A stretch of DNA of 64,000 nucleotides from Gemmatimonadota bacterium (GCA_039592335.1 JBDHBX010000002.1:6901-70900); one strand, 5' to 3'; positions 47,240 through 56,702 are shown, numbered from the stretch's first letter. Notes: a model not told the origin generated them from the letters alone. Numbers and translations are program-made.

Positions 47240-48016
47240 ATGCCGCAACTCATCACCCTCCTCACCGATTTCGGCCAGAGCGACAGCTACGTCGCCGAGG
47301 TAAAGGGCGCCTTGCTGTCCGCTGCTCCCGGCGCCACGCTGGTGGACATCAGCCATGACGTGCCCTTGGGCAGCGTCGTGGCCGCCCAGTATCTCCTTGC
47401 CCGCACGTGGCACCGCTACCCGCCGGGGACGGTGCACCTGGCCGTGGTCGACCCCGGGGTCGGCACCGCCCGGCGGGCGCTCGCGGCGAGCGCCCAGGGC
47501 CATCACTTCGTGGCGCCAGACAACGGACTGCTCACGCCAGTGTTCGACGCCGCGACCGTGGTCGAGCTTGCCGTCCCGGACGACGCCTCCGCCACGTTCC
47601 ACGGGCGGGATGTCTTCGCGCCTGCCGCGGCCCGCCTCGCCCTGGGAGAGCCGCTGTCGAGCCTCGGCCCGCCGATCCCCGATCCGATGCACTCCCCGCT
47701 CCCCGCTCTCAGGGAGGACCAGGGGGGAGTGGTGGGTGAGGTCGTGTACATCGATCGCTTCGGGACCCTGATCACCAACATTCCGGCGACGGCCATCGCG
47801 GGGGCCGGCCTCATCACGATCGGCGGCGAGTTCACTGCGCCCGTGGGGCGTACGTTCAGAGACGTGGAGCTCGGTGCGCTGGTGGCGTTCGGTGGGTCGG
47901 GCGGAACGGTCGAGATCGCGGCCCGAGAGCGCTCGGCAGCGCAGGCGCTGGGGATGGGTGTGGGAGCGGAAGTGCGGGTGGGGGCGACTGAGACGCGGGG
48001 TGAGGTCGGGGGCTAG
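47240..48016 (+). CDS. SAM hydrolase / SAM hydroxide adenosyltransferase family (DUF62)
   Basis: ITLLTDFGQSDSYVAEVKGALLS and VVDPGVGT motifs. Confidence 0.8.
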   Translation: MPQLITLLTDFGQSDSYVAEVKGALLSAAPGATLVDISHDVPLGSVVAAQYLLARTWHRYPPGTVHLAVVDPGVGTARRALAASAQGHHFVAPDNGLLTPVFDAATVVELAVPDDASATFHGRDVFAPAAARLALGEPLSSLGPPIPDPMHSPLPALREDQGGVVGEVVYIDRFGTLITNIPATAIAGAGLITIGGEFTAPVGRTFRDVELGALVAFGGSGGTVEIAARERSAAQALGMGVGAEVRVGATETRGEVGG

Positions 48017-48882
48017 AAGCCTCCCTCCACCCACTCCACGTTCACGTCACCCAGCGCCGCCTTGATGTCGAGGCGGAGCTTCTGCTCGGCGCCGTCGTAG
48101 CCGTGGCTGACGTAGCGGGAGCCGTGCTTCACGAAGCCCGAGGCCTCGAAGCCCGCGAAGATGCGGTCGATGTCCACTTCGACGCCGAGGCCGATCGGCA
48201 GGCGCAGGTTCACCTCACCGAATCCCACGACGATCTTCACGCGGGTGTTCACCGCGCCATCCCACTGACCCGTGAAGTCCAGGGTGATGTCGCCCACCCC
48301 GCCGGCCACCTCGATGACCCGGCAGCGTGCGTTGCCGAGCTGCTCCAGCGTGAACTCGGCGGCGCCGGCGCCCACCTCGAGCCGATCGCACACGATGGGG
48401 TTGGGTTCGTCGAACGAGATCACGCTCTCGCTTGCACCGGTCTTGATCTCGGCCCGCTCGAGTGGGATGCCGCCCAGGTCAAGCTCCGCCCTGGCCGCGC
48501 CGAACTTGAGTTCGAGCGTGGTGGGCACCGAGCGGGAGAGCCCGACCGTCAGGTACTGCTCGGTGTCGTCGTAGTCGAGGTCGAGACCGCTCTCGACCTC
48601 AGGGGTCACGCCGAGGTATAGGCGGCCACGCCTGGCGTCGTACTCGATGCGTGGCTCGAAGTACTCGGCATCGTACAGAATGTCCGTGTGGTACAGTGCA
48701 GTGCCCTCGGCGGGATACAGGCGGAAGGTGCCGACCGCGAACTCGACCTCCACGCGCAGTCGCTCCTCACCGTGCACCCGGCGCGAGCCGGAAACCGACT
48801 GCCAGGTCTGCCCCGCGGCGAGGCTCGGCAGGACCAGCAGCGCTCCCACCGTGGCGATCGGAAGGAGGCGCCGGAGGCTCAT
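48013..48882 (-). CDS. Secreted beta-rich protein, LiaF-C-terminal/toast-rack-like (putative adhesin fold)
   Basis: Signal peptide MSLRRLLPIATVGALLVLPSLAAGQ. Repetitive strand motifs (ELDLGGIPLERAEIKTGASE, GVGDITLDFTG, FGEVNLRLPIGLGVEVDID). The ATG overlaps the upstream stop (ATGA). Confidence 0.55.
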   Translation of the reverse strand: MSLRRLLPIATVGALLVLPSLAAGQTWQSVSGSRRVHGEERLRVEVEFAVGTFRLYPAEGTALYHTDILYDAEYFEPRIEYDARRGRLYLGVTPEVESGLDLDYDDTEQYLTVGLSRSVPTTLELKFGAARAELDLGGIPLERAEIKTGASESVISFDEPNPIVCDRLEVGAGAAEFTLEQLGNARCRVIEVAGGVGDITLDFTGQWDGAVNTRVKIVVGFGEVNLRLPIGLGVEVDIDRIFAGFEASGFVKHGSRYVSHGYDGAEQKLRLDIKAALGDVNVEWVEGGF

Positions 48883-50105
48883 GTGCCGGAGCGTGGTACG
48901 CGTCCGCGCTGGCGGGCCGACGGCACCGTATCGGAAGTCCAGAACTGCTCGTCCGTGAGCGCGAGATCGAGGCGCCGCACGAACGTGCCCTTGACGCCGC
49001 CCCGCGTGAGGATGGTGGCGCCGAACCCGGCGGTGGCGAGTACCCAGGTGATCGTCGCCGCGCTCACGACGGCGATCGGTCCAGCCACGGCGACGCGCCC
49101 GAGCAACACGGCGGGGAGCCAGATCGCCATCAGGCCCAGCAGCCCGTACACGATGTAGCGGTAGGTCCCCCACGTCTGGACCGCCTCGCCCCGCGCCATC
49201 TTGCGGCGCAGGTAGATCTCGCCGACCGTGCGCGCGACGGCAACGTAGCCGGCCACGACCGACAGGAAGAGGCCGAGCACGAATGCCAGCACGGCGAATG
49301 GAATCACCACGATCCCGATGACCGTGAGGGCCAGCCCCACCACCATCATCCCGAACGCCGGGAGGATCAGCGGCTGGGCGAAGAGCCCCGCCAGGAAGGA
49401 GCGCCCGAAGGAGTTCCACACCGTGTCGGCAACGGTCTCCAGCTGCCGCGGGGCGAAGAACAGCATGCCGAGGCCGAGGAACGCCATCCCGATGAACGTG
49501 GCCAACAAGCTCATGGCGTTGCCGACGACGCCTCCCACAAAGGAGGTTCCCTCCTGTACCAGCTCGTACCGCATGGGACTCGGCGCTGGGCGAGCCTCGA
49601 CGCTGACCCGAGGGGCCGTGACGACGGCGACGCCCGAGGGCGCGAGAGCGATCTCGGCGCAGTCCTCGCACCCCTCCTCGGCGTGCCCCTGCTCCATCTC
49701 GATGGTGACCAGCTCGGGCAGCATGGCGTCGACCATCTCCAGGGCGGTCAGCACCTCCGCTATCACGGCGTAGGACGACTCCTCGGCCCCGGTGAGCTGG
49801 TCGGTCTCGATGCCCTGGAGCTCCGCCAACAGATCCTCGGTTTCCTGGGCGCGCGAGTTGGCCACGGCCTCGCGCACCGACTCTTCGAGGGCGCCACCCG
49901 GCTCGTACCGTCCCACCTCCACGCCGTTCAGGAGAACGCGACCGTGGATGAGCGTGAGTGAGAGCGTCTCTCCCCCCGCGATGTCGAACTCGAGCGTGAC
50001 CGCCTCGTCCGAGCGGGTCGAGGAGTGCCCTACCACCTCCTGCGCCTGCAGCGCAGGCGCGGCGATGAAGAGCCCCGCGATGATCCAGCGCCTAATGCCT
50101 GTCAT
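48879..50105 (-). CDS. Hypothetical membrane protein (periplasmic N-domain plus about 6 TM segments)
   Basis: Signal/anchor MTGIRRWIIAGLFIAAPALQAQE, then an acidic soluble region, then a polytopic C-terminal half. The start at 50105 overlaps the anti-sigma-like gene by 14 nt. Confidence 0.55.
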   Translation of the reverse strand: MTGIRRWIIAGLFIAAPALQAQEVVGHSSTRSDEAVTLEFDIAGGETLSLTLIHGRVLLNGVEVGRYEPGGALEESVREAVANSRAQETEDLLAELQGIETDQLTGAEESSYAVIAEVLTALEMVDAMLPELVTIEMEQGHAEEGCEDCAEIALAPSGVAVVTAPRVSVEARPAPSPMRYELVQEGTSFVGGVVGNAMSLLATFIGMAFLGLGMLFFAPRQLETVADTVWNSFGRSFLAGLFAQPLILPAFGMMVVGLALTVIGIVVIPFAVLAFVLGLFLSVVAGYVAVARTVGEIYLRRKMARGEAVQTWGTYRYIVYGLLGLMAIWLPAVLLGRVAVAGPIAVVSAATITWVLATAGFGATILTRGGVKGTFVRRLDLALTDEQFWTSDTVPSARQRGRVPRSGT

Positions 50106-50658
50106 GGAGCGACGACCTCGTAGCACTCGCAGCACTCATGGTGCGGTACAGGCCCCACGCGCAGCTCGCGAGGAGCACCAGGTAGGCAACGACCGCGAGC
50201 ATCACGGCCCGGGCGTTGGGGAGCAGTGCGCTCGCCATGGTGTTCACAGTTGAAACGATGTCCGAGATGAAGGCCGACACGGCCGCCCAGGCCACCGGGA
50301 TGCCCACAGTCACGAGCCACCCCAGAAACGCCCCGATCTCCGCCGTATGGGCGGCGACCAGTGCGGTCAGGGCGATGATCGGAATCAGGCTGCCGAGCGC
50401 GAAGGCACCCACGATCAGCCACACCTGGCCCGTCTCGACCAGCTCGCCCCAATACCCCTCCACGCGCCGCAGCCACAACGGGTGGGGTCGCCATACGCGG
50501 GCCAGCACCCGGTTGTCGAACCCTGGGCCTGGCATCCACGCCGGCAGCGTGGAGAGCATCCGGTGGATTGCCGGATCCTCTTGCGCCGGTGTCAGTTCAC
50601 TCATCGGACGGTCTTCCATCTCACACTCCCTTACGGACCGACGGGACTCGGGTTTCAC
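50092..50658 (-). CDS. Putative membrane-bound anti-sigma factor
   Basis: 188 aa with a short cytoplasmic N-terminus and about 4 TM segments. GTGA overlap with the stop of the ECF sigma gene. The assignment rests on position only (no ZAS motif). Confidence 0.5.
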   Translation of the reverse strand: MKPESRRSVRECEMEDRPMSELTPAQEDPAIHRMLSTLPAWMPGPGFDNRVLARVWRPHPLWLRRVEGYWGELVETGQVWLIVGAFALGSLIPIIALTALVAAHTAEIGAFLGWLVTVGIPVAWAAVSAFISDIVSTVNTMASALLPNARAVMLAVVAYLVLLASCAWGLYRTMSAASATRSSLHDRH

Positions 50659-51257
50659 TCCTTCAGGGGGGCCAGCGTCTCCTTCAGCTCGGCCCTGGCG
50701 CGGTGGATATAGGTCTTCACGGTGCCCAGCGGCAGATCGAGGGCCTCCGCGATCTCGTCGTACGGCCGGCCCTCGACATGTCGCATAATGATACAGGAGC
50801 GGTACTCCGGCCTGAGCCGCCCGATGGCCCGCTCAATCTGCGTGCCGATCTCGCGGGCCTCCAGCTCCTCCAGCGGTGACTCCGACCCGTCCCCCAGCTG
50901 CAGCGCGGTGGCCTCCACGCGATCGGGCGTCGTGGCGTCGGGCCGGCCCTCCAGCGAGAGGGTGTCCAGCTCCTTGCGCCGCAGGTGATCGATGGCGGCG
51001 TTGTTGGCGATCTTGAAGATCCAGGAGGAGAACTTGTACTCGGGCCGGTAGCGGTCGATCGCGTTGAGAACCTTGACGAACGTCTCCTGCGTGAGGTCCT
51101 CCGCCAGCTCCCGGTCGCGCACCATGCGGTAGATGAGCGAGAACACGGGGCGCTGATAGCGGCGGAGCAGCTCGCGGTACGCGGCCTCGGCGCCGTCGGT
51201 CGCCCACTCCACCACCTGCTGGTCGGTGGCGGCGGAGAGGTCAGGGGAGTAGTGCAT
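50655..51257 (-). CDS. ECF-type RNA polymerase sigma factor
   Basis: 200 aa. Region 2 reads YRMVRDRELAEDLTQETFVKV...FSSWIFKIANNAAIDHLRR. Region 4 reads EIAEALDLPLGTVKTYIHRAR. Confidence 0.9.
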   Translation of the reverse strand: MHYSPDLSAATDQQVVEWATDGAEAAYRELLRRYQRPVFSLIYRMVRDRELAEDLTQETFVKVLNAIDRYRPEYKFSSWIFKIANNAAIDHLRRKELDTLSLEGRPDATTPDRVEATALQLGDGSESPLEELEAREIGTQIERAIGRLRPEYRSCIIMRHVEGRPYDEIAEALDLPLGTVKTYIHRARAELKETLAPLKE

Positions 51258-51272
51258 CGGTGCCTATTGCTC

Positions 51273-51299
51273 TACGCCCGGGGGCCGCAGATGGTTTCA
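51273..51299 (-). promoter_or_regulatory. Candidate ECF-type promoter, TGAAAC-N17-CGTA, upstream of the sigma gene
   Basis: On the minus strand: TGAAAC (revcomp of 51294-51299), a 17-nt spacer, then CGTA (revcomp of 51273-51276), 15 nt before ATG 51257. A sigma-70-like TTGAAC-N17-CAATAT also lies at 51299-51327 (minus). Confidence 0.35.
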
Positions 51300-51350
51300 T
51301 ATTGCACCGTTCTTGCGGCAAGTTCAAGCGTACCAGTACCTTTCGCGCCT

Positions 51351-52079
51351 ATGACCCTGACCCCCCCGGACGTGGGCACCCCGGGCAGCGAGACCAGACG
51401 ATCGTACGTGCGGAGCATGTTTGCCGCCATCGCGCCGCGCTACGACCTGCTCAATCACCTGCTGAGCTTCAACATCGACCGGGACTGGCGCCGCCGGGCC
51501 GTCACCCGGCTGGAGTGGCGGGAGGCTCCCCAAGGTACCTATCTGGACCTCTGTGCCGGCACGCTCGACTTGGCGGCGGAGCTCGCCGGCCAGGAGGGGT
51601 TCGGGGGCAACGTGGTGGGCGCCGACTTCGTGGTCCCGATGCTCCAGCTCGGGAGAGGGAAGGCCGAGGCGCTGCGGCCGGTGGGAGCCGATGCGCTCGA
51701 GCTGCCGTTTCCCGACGCGACGTTTGACGGATGCACGATCGGGTTTGGCGTCCGCAACCTGGTCGACATCGACGCCGGCGTGGCCGAGATGGCCCGTGTG
51801 CTCAAGCCGGGGGCGCGGCTCGTAATCCTGGAGTTCTCCACCCCGACCGCGTGGCCGATGCGCCCGTTGTATCTGTTCTACTTCCGGCACATCCTCCCGC
51901 GAGTGGGGCGGGCGGTGTCGGGGCACGCGACGGCCTACACCTATCTGCCGGGCTCCGTGGAGGAGTTTGCCGAGCCGGCCGAGTTGCGCGGGACGATGGA
52001 GCGATACGGTTTCGCTGACGTGCGGCATGAGCCACTCACGTTGGGCATCGCGACGCTGCACTGGGGGAGTCGGAGATGA
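51351..52079 (+). CDS. ubiE: Demethylmenaquinone/ubiquinone C-methyltransferase
   Basis: MFAAIAPRYDLLNHLLSFNIDRDWRR, LDLCAGT and LKPGARLVILEFS motifs. ATG 51351 is in frame within track ORF 50985..52079. Confidence 0.9.
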   Translation: MTLTPPDVGTPGSETRRSYVRSMFAAIAPRYDLLNHLLSFNIDRDWRRRAVTRLEWREAPQGTYLDLCAGTLDLAAELAGQEGFGGNVVGADFVVPMLQLGRGKAEALRPVGADALELPFPDATFDGCTIGFGVRNLVDIDAGVAEMARVLKPGARLVILEFSTPTAWPMRPLYLFYFRHILPRVGRAVSGHATAYTYLPGSVEEFAEPAELRGTMERYGFADVRHEPLTLGIATLHWGSRR

Positions 52080-53572
52080 CGATGGACAGCCTGCGTGAGT
52101 TCATCACTGCGTTGGAGCGGGCGGGCGAGTTGGTCCGCGTGACGCGGCCGGTGTCGGTGCAACTCGAGATCGCCGAGGTGGCCGACCGCTGCATGAAGAG
52201 CGCGGGTGGCGGGCCGGCGCTGCTGTTCGAGCAGCCGCTGTTGGCCGACGGCACCACGTCGGAGATCCCGGTGGGGATCAATCTGTTCGGCTCGATGCGG
52301 CGGATGGGCATGGCGCTCGGCGTGGACGACCTGGACGAGATCGGGCGGCGCATCGAGGAGTTGATCAAGCTCAAGGTACCCGAGGGCTGGCGCGAGAAGC
52401 TCGCCATGCTCCCCAAGGTGGCGGAGATCGCGAAGTACCCGCCGCGCACCGTGTCGGGCAAACCGGCGTGTCAGCAGGTCGTGCAGCGGGGAGATGAGAT
52501 CGATCTCGGTCGGCTGCCCATCACGACGTGCTGGCCGGACGACGGCGGGCCCTACATCACGCTGCCCCAGGTGGTCACCCGCGACCCCAAGACCGGCGTG
52601 CGCAACGTTGGCATGTACCGAGTGCAGGTGCTGGAGCGGGACCTGCTCGCGATGCACTGGCAGCGCCACAAGGTGGGTGCTGCCCACTGGCGCGACATGG
52701 CCGCCCGGGGAGAGAAGATGGCGGTGGCGATCGCGTTGGGTGGGGACCCACCCTCGATCTACTCCGCGTCGGCCCCGCTGCCGCCCAACATCGACGAGTA
52801 CATCTTCGCCGGCTTCCTGCGCCGCAAGCCGGTCGGCCTCTCCAAGGCGGTGACCAGCGATCTCCTGGTGCCGGCCGAAGCCGACATCGTGATCGAAGGC
52901 GTGATCGACCCGGCGGAGCCGCTCGTGCTGGAGGGACCGTTCGGCGACCACACGGGCTTCTACTCGCTGGCCGACGACTATCCGGCGGTGCACGTGACCG
53001 CGGTGACGATGCGGCGCGATCCGGTCTATCCCGCCACCATCGTGGGGCGGCCTCCGATGGAGGATTTCTACCTGGGGCACGCCACGGAGCGGATCTTCCT
53101 CCCGCTGCTGCGCCTGACCGTGCCGGAGATCGTGGACTACCACATGCCGGCCGCCGGCATCTTCCACAACCTCGTGTTTGTGAGCATCGACAAGCAGTAC
53201 CCGGGCCAGGCGTGGAAAGTGATGAACGCCCTGTGGGGCATGGGGCTCATGTCCCTGGCCAAGGTGGTCGTGGTGCTCGACCGCGACGTGAACGTGCGCG
53301 ACCCCGAGGAGGCGTGGTGGGTCGCGCTCAACCACATCGATCCCGAGCGCGACATCCGCTTCACCATGGGGCCCATCGACGTGCTGGACCACGCATCGCG
53401 CGCGTTCACTTACGGCTCCAAGATGGGCATCGACGCCACCACCAAGTGGAAGGAGGAGGGGTTCGACCGCGATTGGCCCGCCCGTATCGAGATGGATCCG
53501 GAGACGAAGGCCAGGGTCGACGCCATGTGGGGTGAGCTGGGGATCCGGCTCACACCGCGCCGCAACCCGTGA
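52076..53572 (+). CDS. ubiD: UbiD family (prenylated-FMN-dependent) decarboxylase
   Basis: 498 aa. LREFITALERAGELVRV N-terminus, and GPFGDHTGFYS. ATGA overlap with ubiE. Confidence 0.9.
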   Translation: MTMDSLREFITALERAGELVRVTRPVSVQLEIAEVADRCMKSAGGGPALLFEQPLLADGTTSEIPVGINLFGSMRRMGMALGVDDLDEIGRRIEELIKLKVPEGWREKLAMLPKVAEIAKYPPRTVSGKPACQQVVQRGDEIDLGRLPITTCWPDDGGPYITLPQVVTRDPKTGVRNVGMYRVQVLERDLLAMHWQRHKVGAAHWRDMAARGEKMAVAIALGGDPPSIYSASAPLPPNIDEYIFAGFLRRKPVGLSKAVTSDLLVPAEADIVIEGVIDPAEPLVLEGPFGDHTGFYSLADDYPAVHVTAVTMRRDPVYPATIVGRPPMEDFYLGHATERIFLPLLRLTVPEIVDYHMPAAGIFHNLVFVSIDKQYPGQAWKVMNALWGMGLMSLAKVVVVLDRDVNVRDPEEAWWVALNHIDPERDIRFTMGPIDVLDHASRAFTYGSKMGIDATTKWKEEGFDRDWPARIEMDPETKARVDAMWGELGIRLTPRRNP

Positions 53573-54468
53573 GCGTTCAACAGCCCGAGGGGCAGACGTT
53601 CGCCGGGGAGTCGCTGCTGCTCCGCTACGTCAACTTCGTCAAGCTCCCGCACACCGTCTTCGCGCTCCCGTTCGCGTTCCTGGGCGTCGTGTACGCGTCG
53701 TTCGGCGCGGCGATCACCCTGCGCCAGGTCGTGCTCGTGTTGGTGGCGTTCACCGCGGCGCGGTTTGCCGCGATGGGCTTCAACCGGGTCGTGGACCGGC
53801 ACTACGACGCACGCAACCCCCGCACCAAGTACCGTGAGCTCCCCGCCGGTCGATTGACCTTGCCGCAGGCGGTGTTATCGGTCGTGCTGGCCTGCGCGGT
53901 GTTCGTGGGCGCGGCGGCGCTGCTCAACCGCCTGTGTCTCGCCTTGAGTCCCCTCGCGTTGGCGTGGATCCTGTTCTACAGCTACACGAAGCGCATCACG
54001 CCGCTGAGCCACCTGTGGCTCGGCCTGGGCCTGGGCATCGCGCCGGGCGCCGGCTACATCGCGGTGACGGGTGCCTGGAGCGATCCGTGGTGGACGCTGC
54101 CGGTGATCGCGCTGGCCGTGCTCGCGTGGGTCGGCGGGTTCGACATCTTCTACGCGTTGCCCGACGAGTCGTTCGACCGGGAGCACGGGCTCAAGAGCGC
54201 GGCGGTCTTGCTCGGCCAGCGGCGGGCCATTCTGCTGGCCAAGCTGCTGCACGGCGTGACCATCCTGGCGTTGGTGGGGTTCGGGATGGGGACCCAGTTC
54301 GAGATGATCTACTACGTCGGCGTGGCGCTGGCCGCCCTGCTCCTCGCGTGGGAGCATCAACTCGTGCGCCCGGGCGATCTGAGCCGCCTCGATGCGGCCT
54401 TCTTCCGGATGAACGGGATCATGAGCATTGTTGTGTTCCTGTTTGCCCTGGGGGATCGGTTGCGATGA
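53569..54468 (+). CDS. ubiA: UbiA family aromatic prenyltransferase
   Basis: 299 aa polytopic protein. The Asp-rich motifs are NRVVDRHYDARNPRT and a second at DIFYALPDESFD. GTGA overlap with ubiD. Confidence 0.85.
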   Translation: MSVQQPEGQTFAGESLLLRYVNFVKLPHTVFALPFAFLGVVYASFGAAITLRQVVLVLVAFTAARFAAMGFNRVVDRHYDARNPRTKYRELPAGRLTLPQAVLSVVLACAVFVGAAALLNRLCLALSPLALAWILFYSYTKRITPLSHLWLGLGLGIAPGAGYIAVTGAWSDPWWTLPVIALAVLAWVGGFDIFYALPDESFDREHGLKSAAVLLGQRRAILLAKLLHGVTILALVGFGMGTQFEMIYYVGVALAALLLAWEHQLVRPGDLSRLDAAFFRMNGIMSIVVFLFALGDRLR

Positions 54469-54656
54469 CCACGACGGGCTTGGGGGAGCGAGGAGCCGGA
54501 AACGGCAAGACCGGTCGGCGACCGAGGCGCCGCCGCGGGGACCCGTCGCGCAAGCCGGGGGTGGGCAAGAGCCGCCCAATCCCGAAGGCCCCCCCTCCCC
54601 CCGGGCCGCCTCGCCACCCGCATAAGGTCCCCACTCCCAACCGGAGAGGTCAATGA
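54465..54656 (+). CDS. Candidate small, very basic Pro/Arg/Gly-rich protein (63 aa)
   Basis: MTTTGLGERGAGNGKTGRRPRRRRGDPSRKPGVGKSRPIPKAPPPPGPPRHPHKVPTPNRRGQ. The ATG overlaps the ubiA stop (ATGA) and the TGA overlaps the ubiX ATG (ATGA). About 80 percent of third positions are G/C. No family was recognised. Confidence 0.35.
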   Translation: MTTTGLGERGAGNGKTGRRPRRRRGDPSRKPGVGKSRPIPKAPPPPGPPRHPHKVPTPNRRGQ

Positions 54657-55237
54657 GCAGCGCCCCTTGGATCCTCGGCATTACCGGGGCCTCCGGCGGA
54701 CCGTATGCGGTGCGCCTGCTGGAGGTTCTCGCACGGCACCAGGTGCCGCTCATGCTCGTGGTGTCGAGCCACGGCTGGCGCCTGCTGCAGATGGAGGCGG
54801 ACGTCGGCTCGGAGGAGGAGCTGCGGGAGGCGACGGGCGGGCAGTGGTCCAGCATCACCGTGTACGACAACGCCGACCGCGGTGCCACACCGGCCTCGGG
54901 CTCCGCCCGCAGCGCCGGCATGGTCGTGTGTCCCTGCTCCATGGGAACGGTCTCGGCCATCGCCCGTGGCAACAGCCGGTCGCTCGTCGAGCGCGCCGCG
55001 GACGTGACCCTCAAGGAGCGCCGGCAGCTCATCCTGGTGCCCCGCGAGACGCCTCTGTCCCTCGTGCACCTGCGCAACCTCACGGCGGTGACCGAGGCGG
55101 GCGCCACGGTGATCCCGGCGGCCCCGGGCTTCTACCACCGGCCGCAGCAGGTGCAGGACCTAGTGGACTTCATCGTGCAGCGCGTACTGGACCACATGCA
55201 GGTGGACGCGGAGCTGGTGCCCCGCTGGGAGGGGTGA
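54653..55237 (+). CDS. ubiX: Flavin prenyltransferase UbiX
   Basis: 194 aa. ITGASGGPYAVRLLEVL, and PCSMGTVSAIARG. Confidence 0.9.
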   Translation: MSSAPWILGITGASGGPYAVRLLEVLARHQVPLMLVVSSHGWRLLQMEADVGSEEELREATGGQWSSITVYDNADRGATPASGSARSAGMVVCPCSMGTVSAIARGNSRSLVERAADVTLKERRQLILVPRETPLSLVHLRNLTAVTEAGATVIPAAPGFYHRPQQVQDLVDFIVQRVLDHMQVDAELVPRWEG

Positions 55238-55241
55238 GCGG

Positions 55242-55715
55242 GTGCGCCTGGGCGTCATCTCCGATACCCACAACCATCTGCGCCCGGAGGTGTTCGAGGT
55301 CTTTTCGGAGGTGGATCACATTCTGCATGCGGGAGACATCGGCCGCCTCGACGTCATCACGGAGCTCGAGGCGCTGGCCCCCGTCACGGCCGTGTACGGC
55401 AACACCGACAGCTTCGACGTGCGCGGCACGTGCCCGCAGGTGGCCGAGGTCGAGTTGGATGGGTTCATCGTCGTGGTGACGCACGGCGACCAGTTCGGCT
55501 CGCCGGCGCCCGACCGGCTGGTCGAGGCGTTTCCCCACGCCGAGATCCTGGCGTATGGCCACACGCATCAGCCGCGGCTCGAGCTGGTGAACAAGACGGT
55601 GACGGTGATGAACCCGGGAGCGGCCGGCCCCGCCCGCTTCGGCCTCAGGCCGTCAGTGGGGATCATGGAGCTGGAGCCCGGTATCCCTCCCCGGGCCAGG
55701 TTGGTGGAGCTGTAG
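55242..55715 (+). CDS. YfcE/MJ0936 family metallophosphoesterase
   Basis: 157 aa. ISDTHNH, HAGD, GNTD and GHTH motifs. GTG start. Confidence 0.85.
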   Translation: MRLGVISDTHNHLRPEVFEVFSEVDHILHAGDIGRLDVITELEALAPVTAVYGNTDSFDVRGTCPQVAEVELDGFIVVVTHGDQFGSPAPDRLVEAFPHAEILAYGHTHQPRLELVNKTVTVMNPGAAGPARFGLRPSVGIMELEPGIPPRARLVEL

Positions 55716-56702
55716 TCAGCCGGTCACCACCACCCACGCGAGGTAGATCGAGAACCCCACCAGTAGGAACACCCCCTCACGGCGCGACACCTTCCAGCGC
55801 GACCACATGATGGGGAGCAGGACCACGGTGAAGGCGAGGAGCACCCAGTTGTCCACGGCGCGGGAGACGTCGTGCACCCGGACCGGGAAGATCGTCGCAG
55901 TCACACCCAGGATGCCGAACAGGTTGAAGATGTTGGAGCCGATCACGTTGCCGAGGGCGATGTCCGGTTCCTGATGCCGTGCGGCCGCCACGCAGGTGGC
56001 CAGCTCCGGCAGGCTGGTGCCCATGGCCACGATCGTGAGGCCGATCACCCGCTCCTCCACGCCCAGCACGCGGGCACCCGTCACTGCGCCCAGCACGGAG
56101 AGCTCCGCCCCGATCGCCACCGCGATCAGGCCCAGAACGAGGAGCGAGATGTGGCGGCCCCAGGCGCGCGCTACACCCTCCTGCAGATGCGCCGCGCGCT
56201 TCACCTCGCGATCCATGGCGGCGGCCTCGGTCGTGCTGACACCGCGTCGGGCGTGATAGATCGTGTACAACACGAAGAGCAGGAGGCCGACCAAGAGCGC
56301 GATGCCTTCAACGTGTCCGACCATGCCGTTGAAGGCGGCCGCCAGCACGGCGAGTGTGGCCGCCAGCATGATCCAGTACTCGACCTTCAGGGTGTGCTTC
56401 CGCACCGGAATCGCCATCATTACGGCGGCCACGCCCAGGATGGCCCCGATGTTGAAGATGCTCGAGCCGATGATGTTGCCGTAGGCGATGTCGGTGGAGC
56501 CCCGCCAGGCCGCCCGGACGCTCACGGCGAGCTCGGGGAGGCTCGTTCCCAGGGCCACGACCGTGAGCGCGACGACGGCGGTGGAGACGCGAGCGAGGAG
56601 TGCCACGGCCGTCGCGCCCCGGACCAGGAGACTCCCCCCTAACAGCAACACGGCGAGGCCGGCACCCAGCTCGATGACCGCGAGGCCCACTTGGTGGATC
56701 AT
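55716..56702 (-). CDS. Calcium/cation antiporter (CaCA, YrbG-like)
   Basis: Two alpha-repeat motifs, GTSLPELAVS and GTSLPELATC, with about 10 TM segments. ATG 56702 gives an ATGA overlap with the upstream gene. The alternative start is 56735. Confidence 0.85.
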   Translation of the reverse strand: MIHQVGLAVIELGAGLAVLLLGGSLLVRGATAVALLARVSTAVVALTVVALGTSLPELAVSVRAAWRGSTDIAYGNIIGSSIFNIGAILGVAAVMMAIPVRKHTLKVEYWIMLAATLAVLAAAFNGMVGHVEGIALLVGLLLFVLYTIYHARRGVSTTEAAAMDREVKRAAHLQEGVARAWGRHISLLVLGLIAVAIGAELSVLGAVTGARVLGVEERVIGLTIVAMGTSLPELATCVAAARHQEPDIALGNVIGSNIFNLFGILGVTATIFPVRVHDVSRAVDNWVLLAFTVVLLPIMWSRWKVSRREGVFLLVGFSIYLAWVVVTG

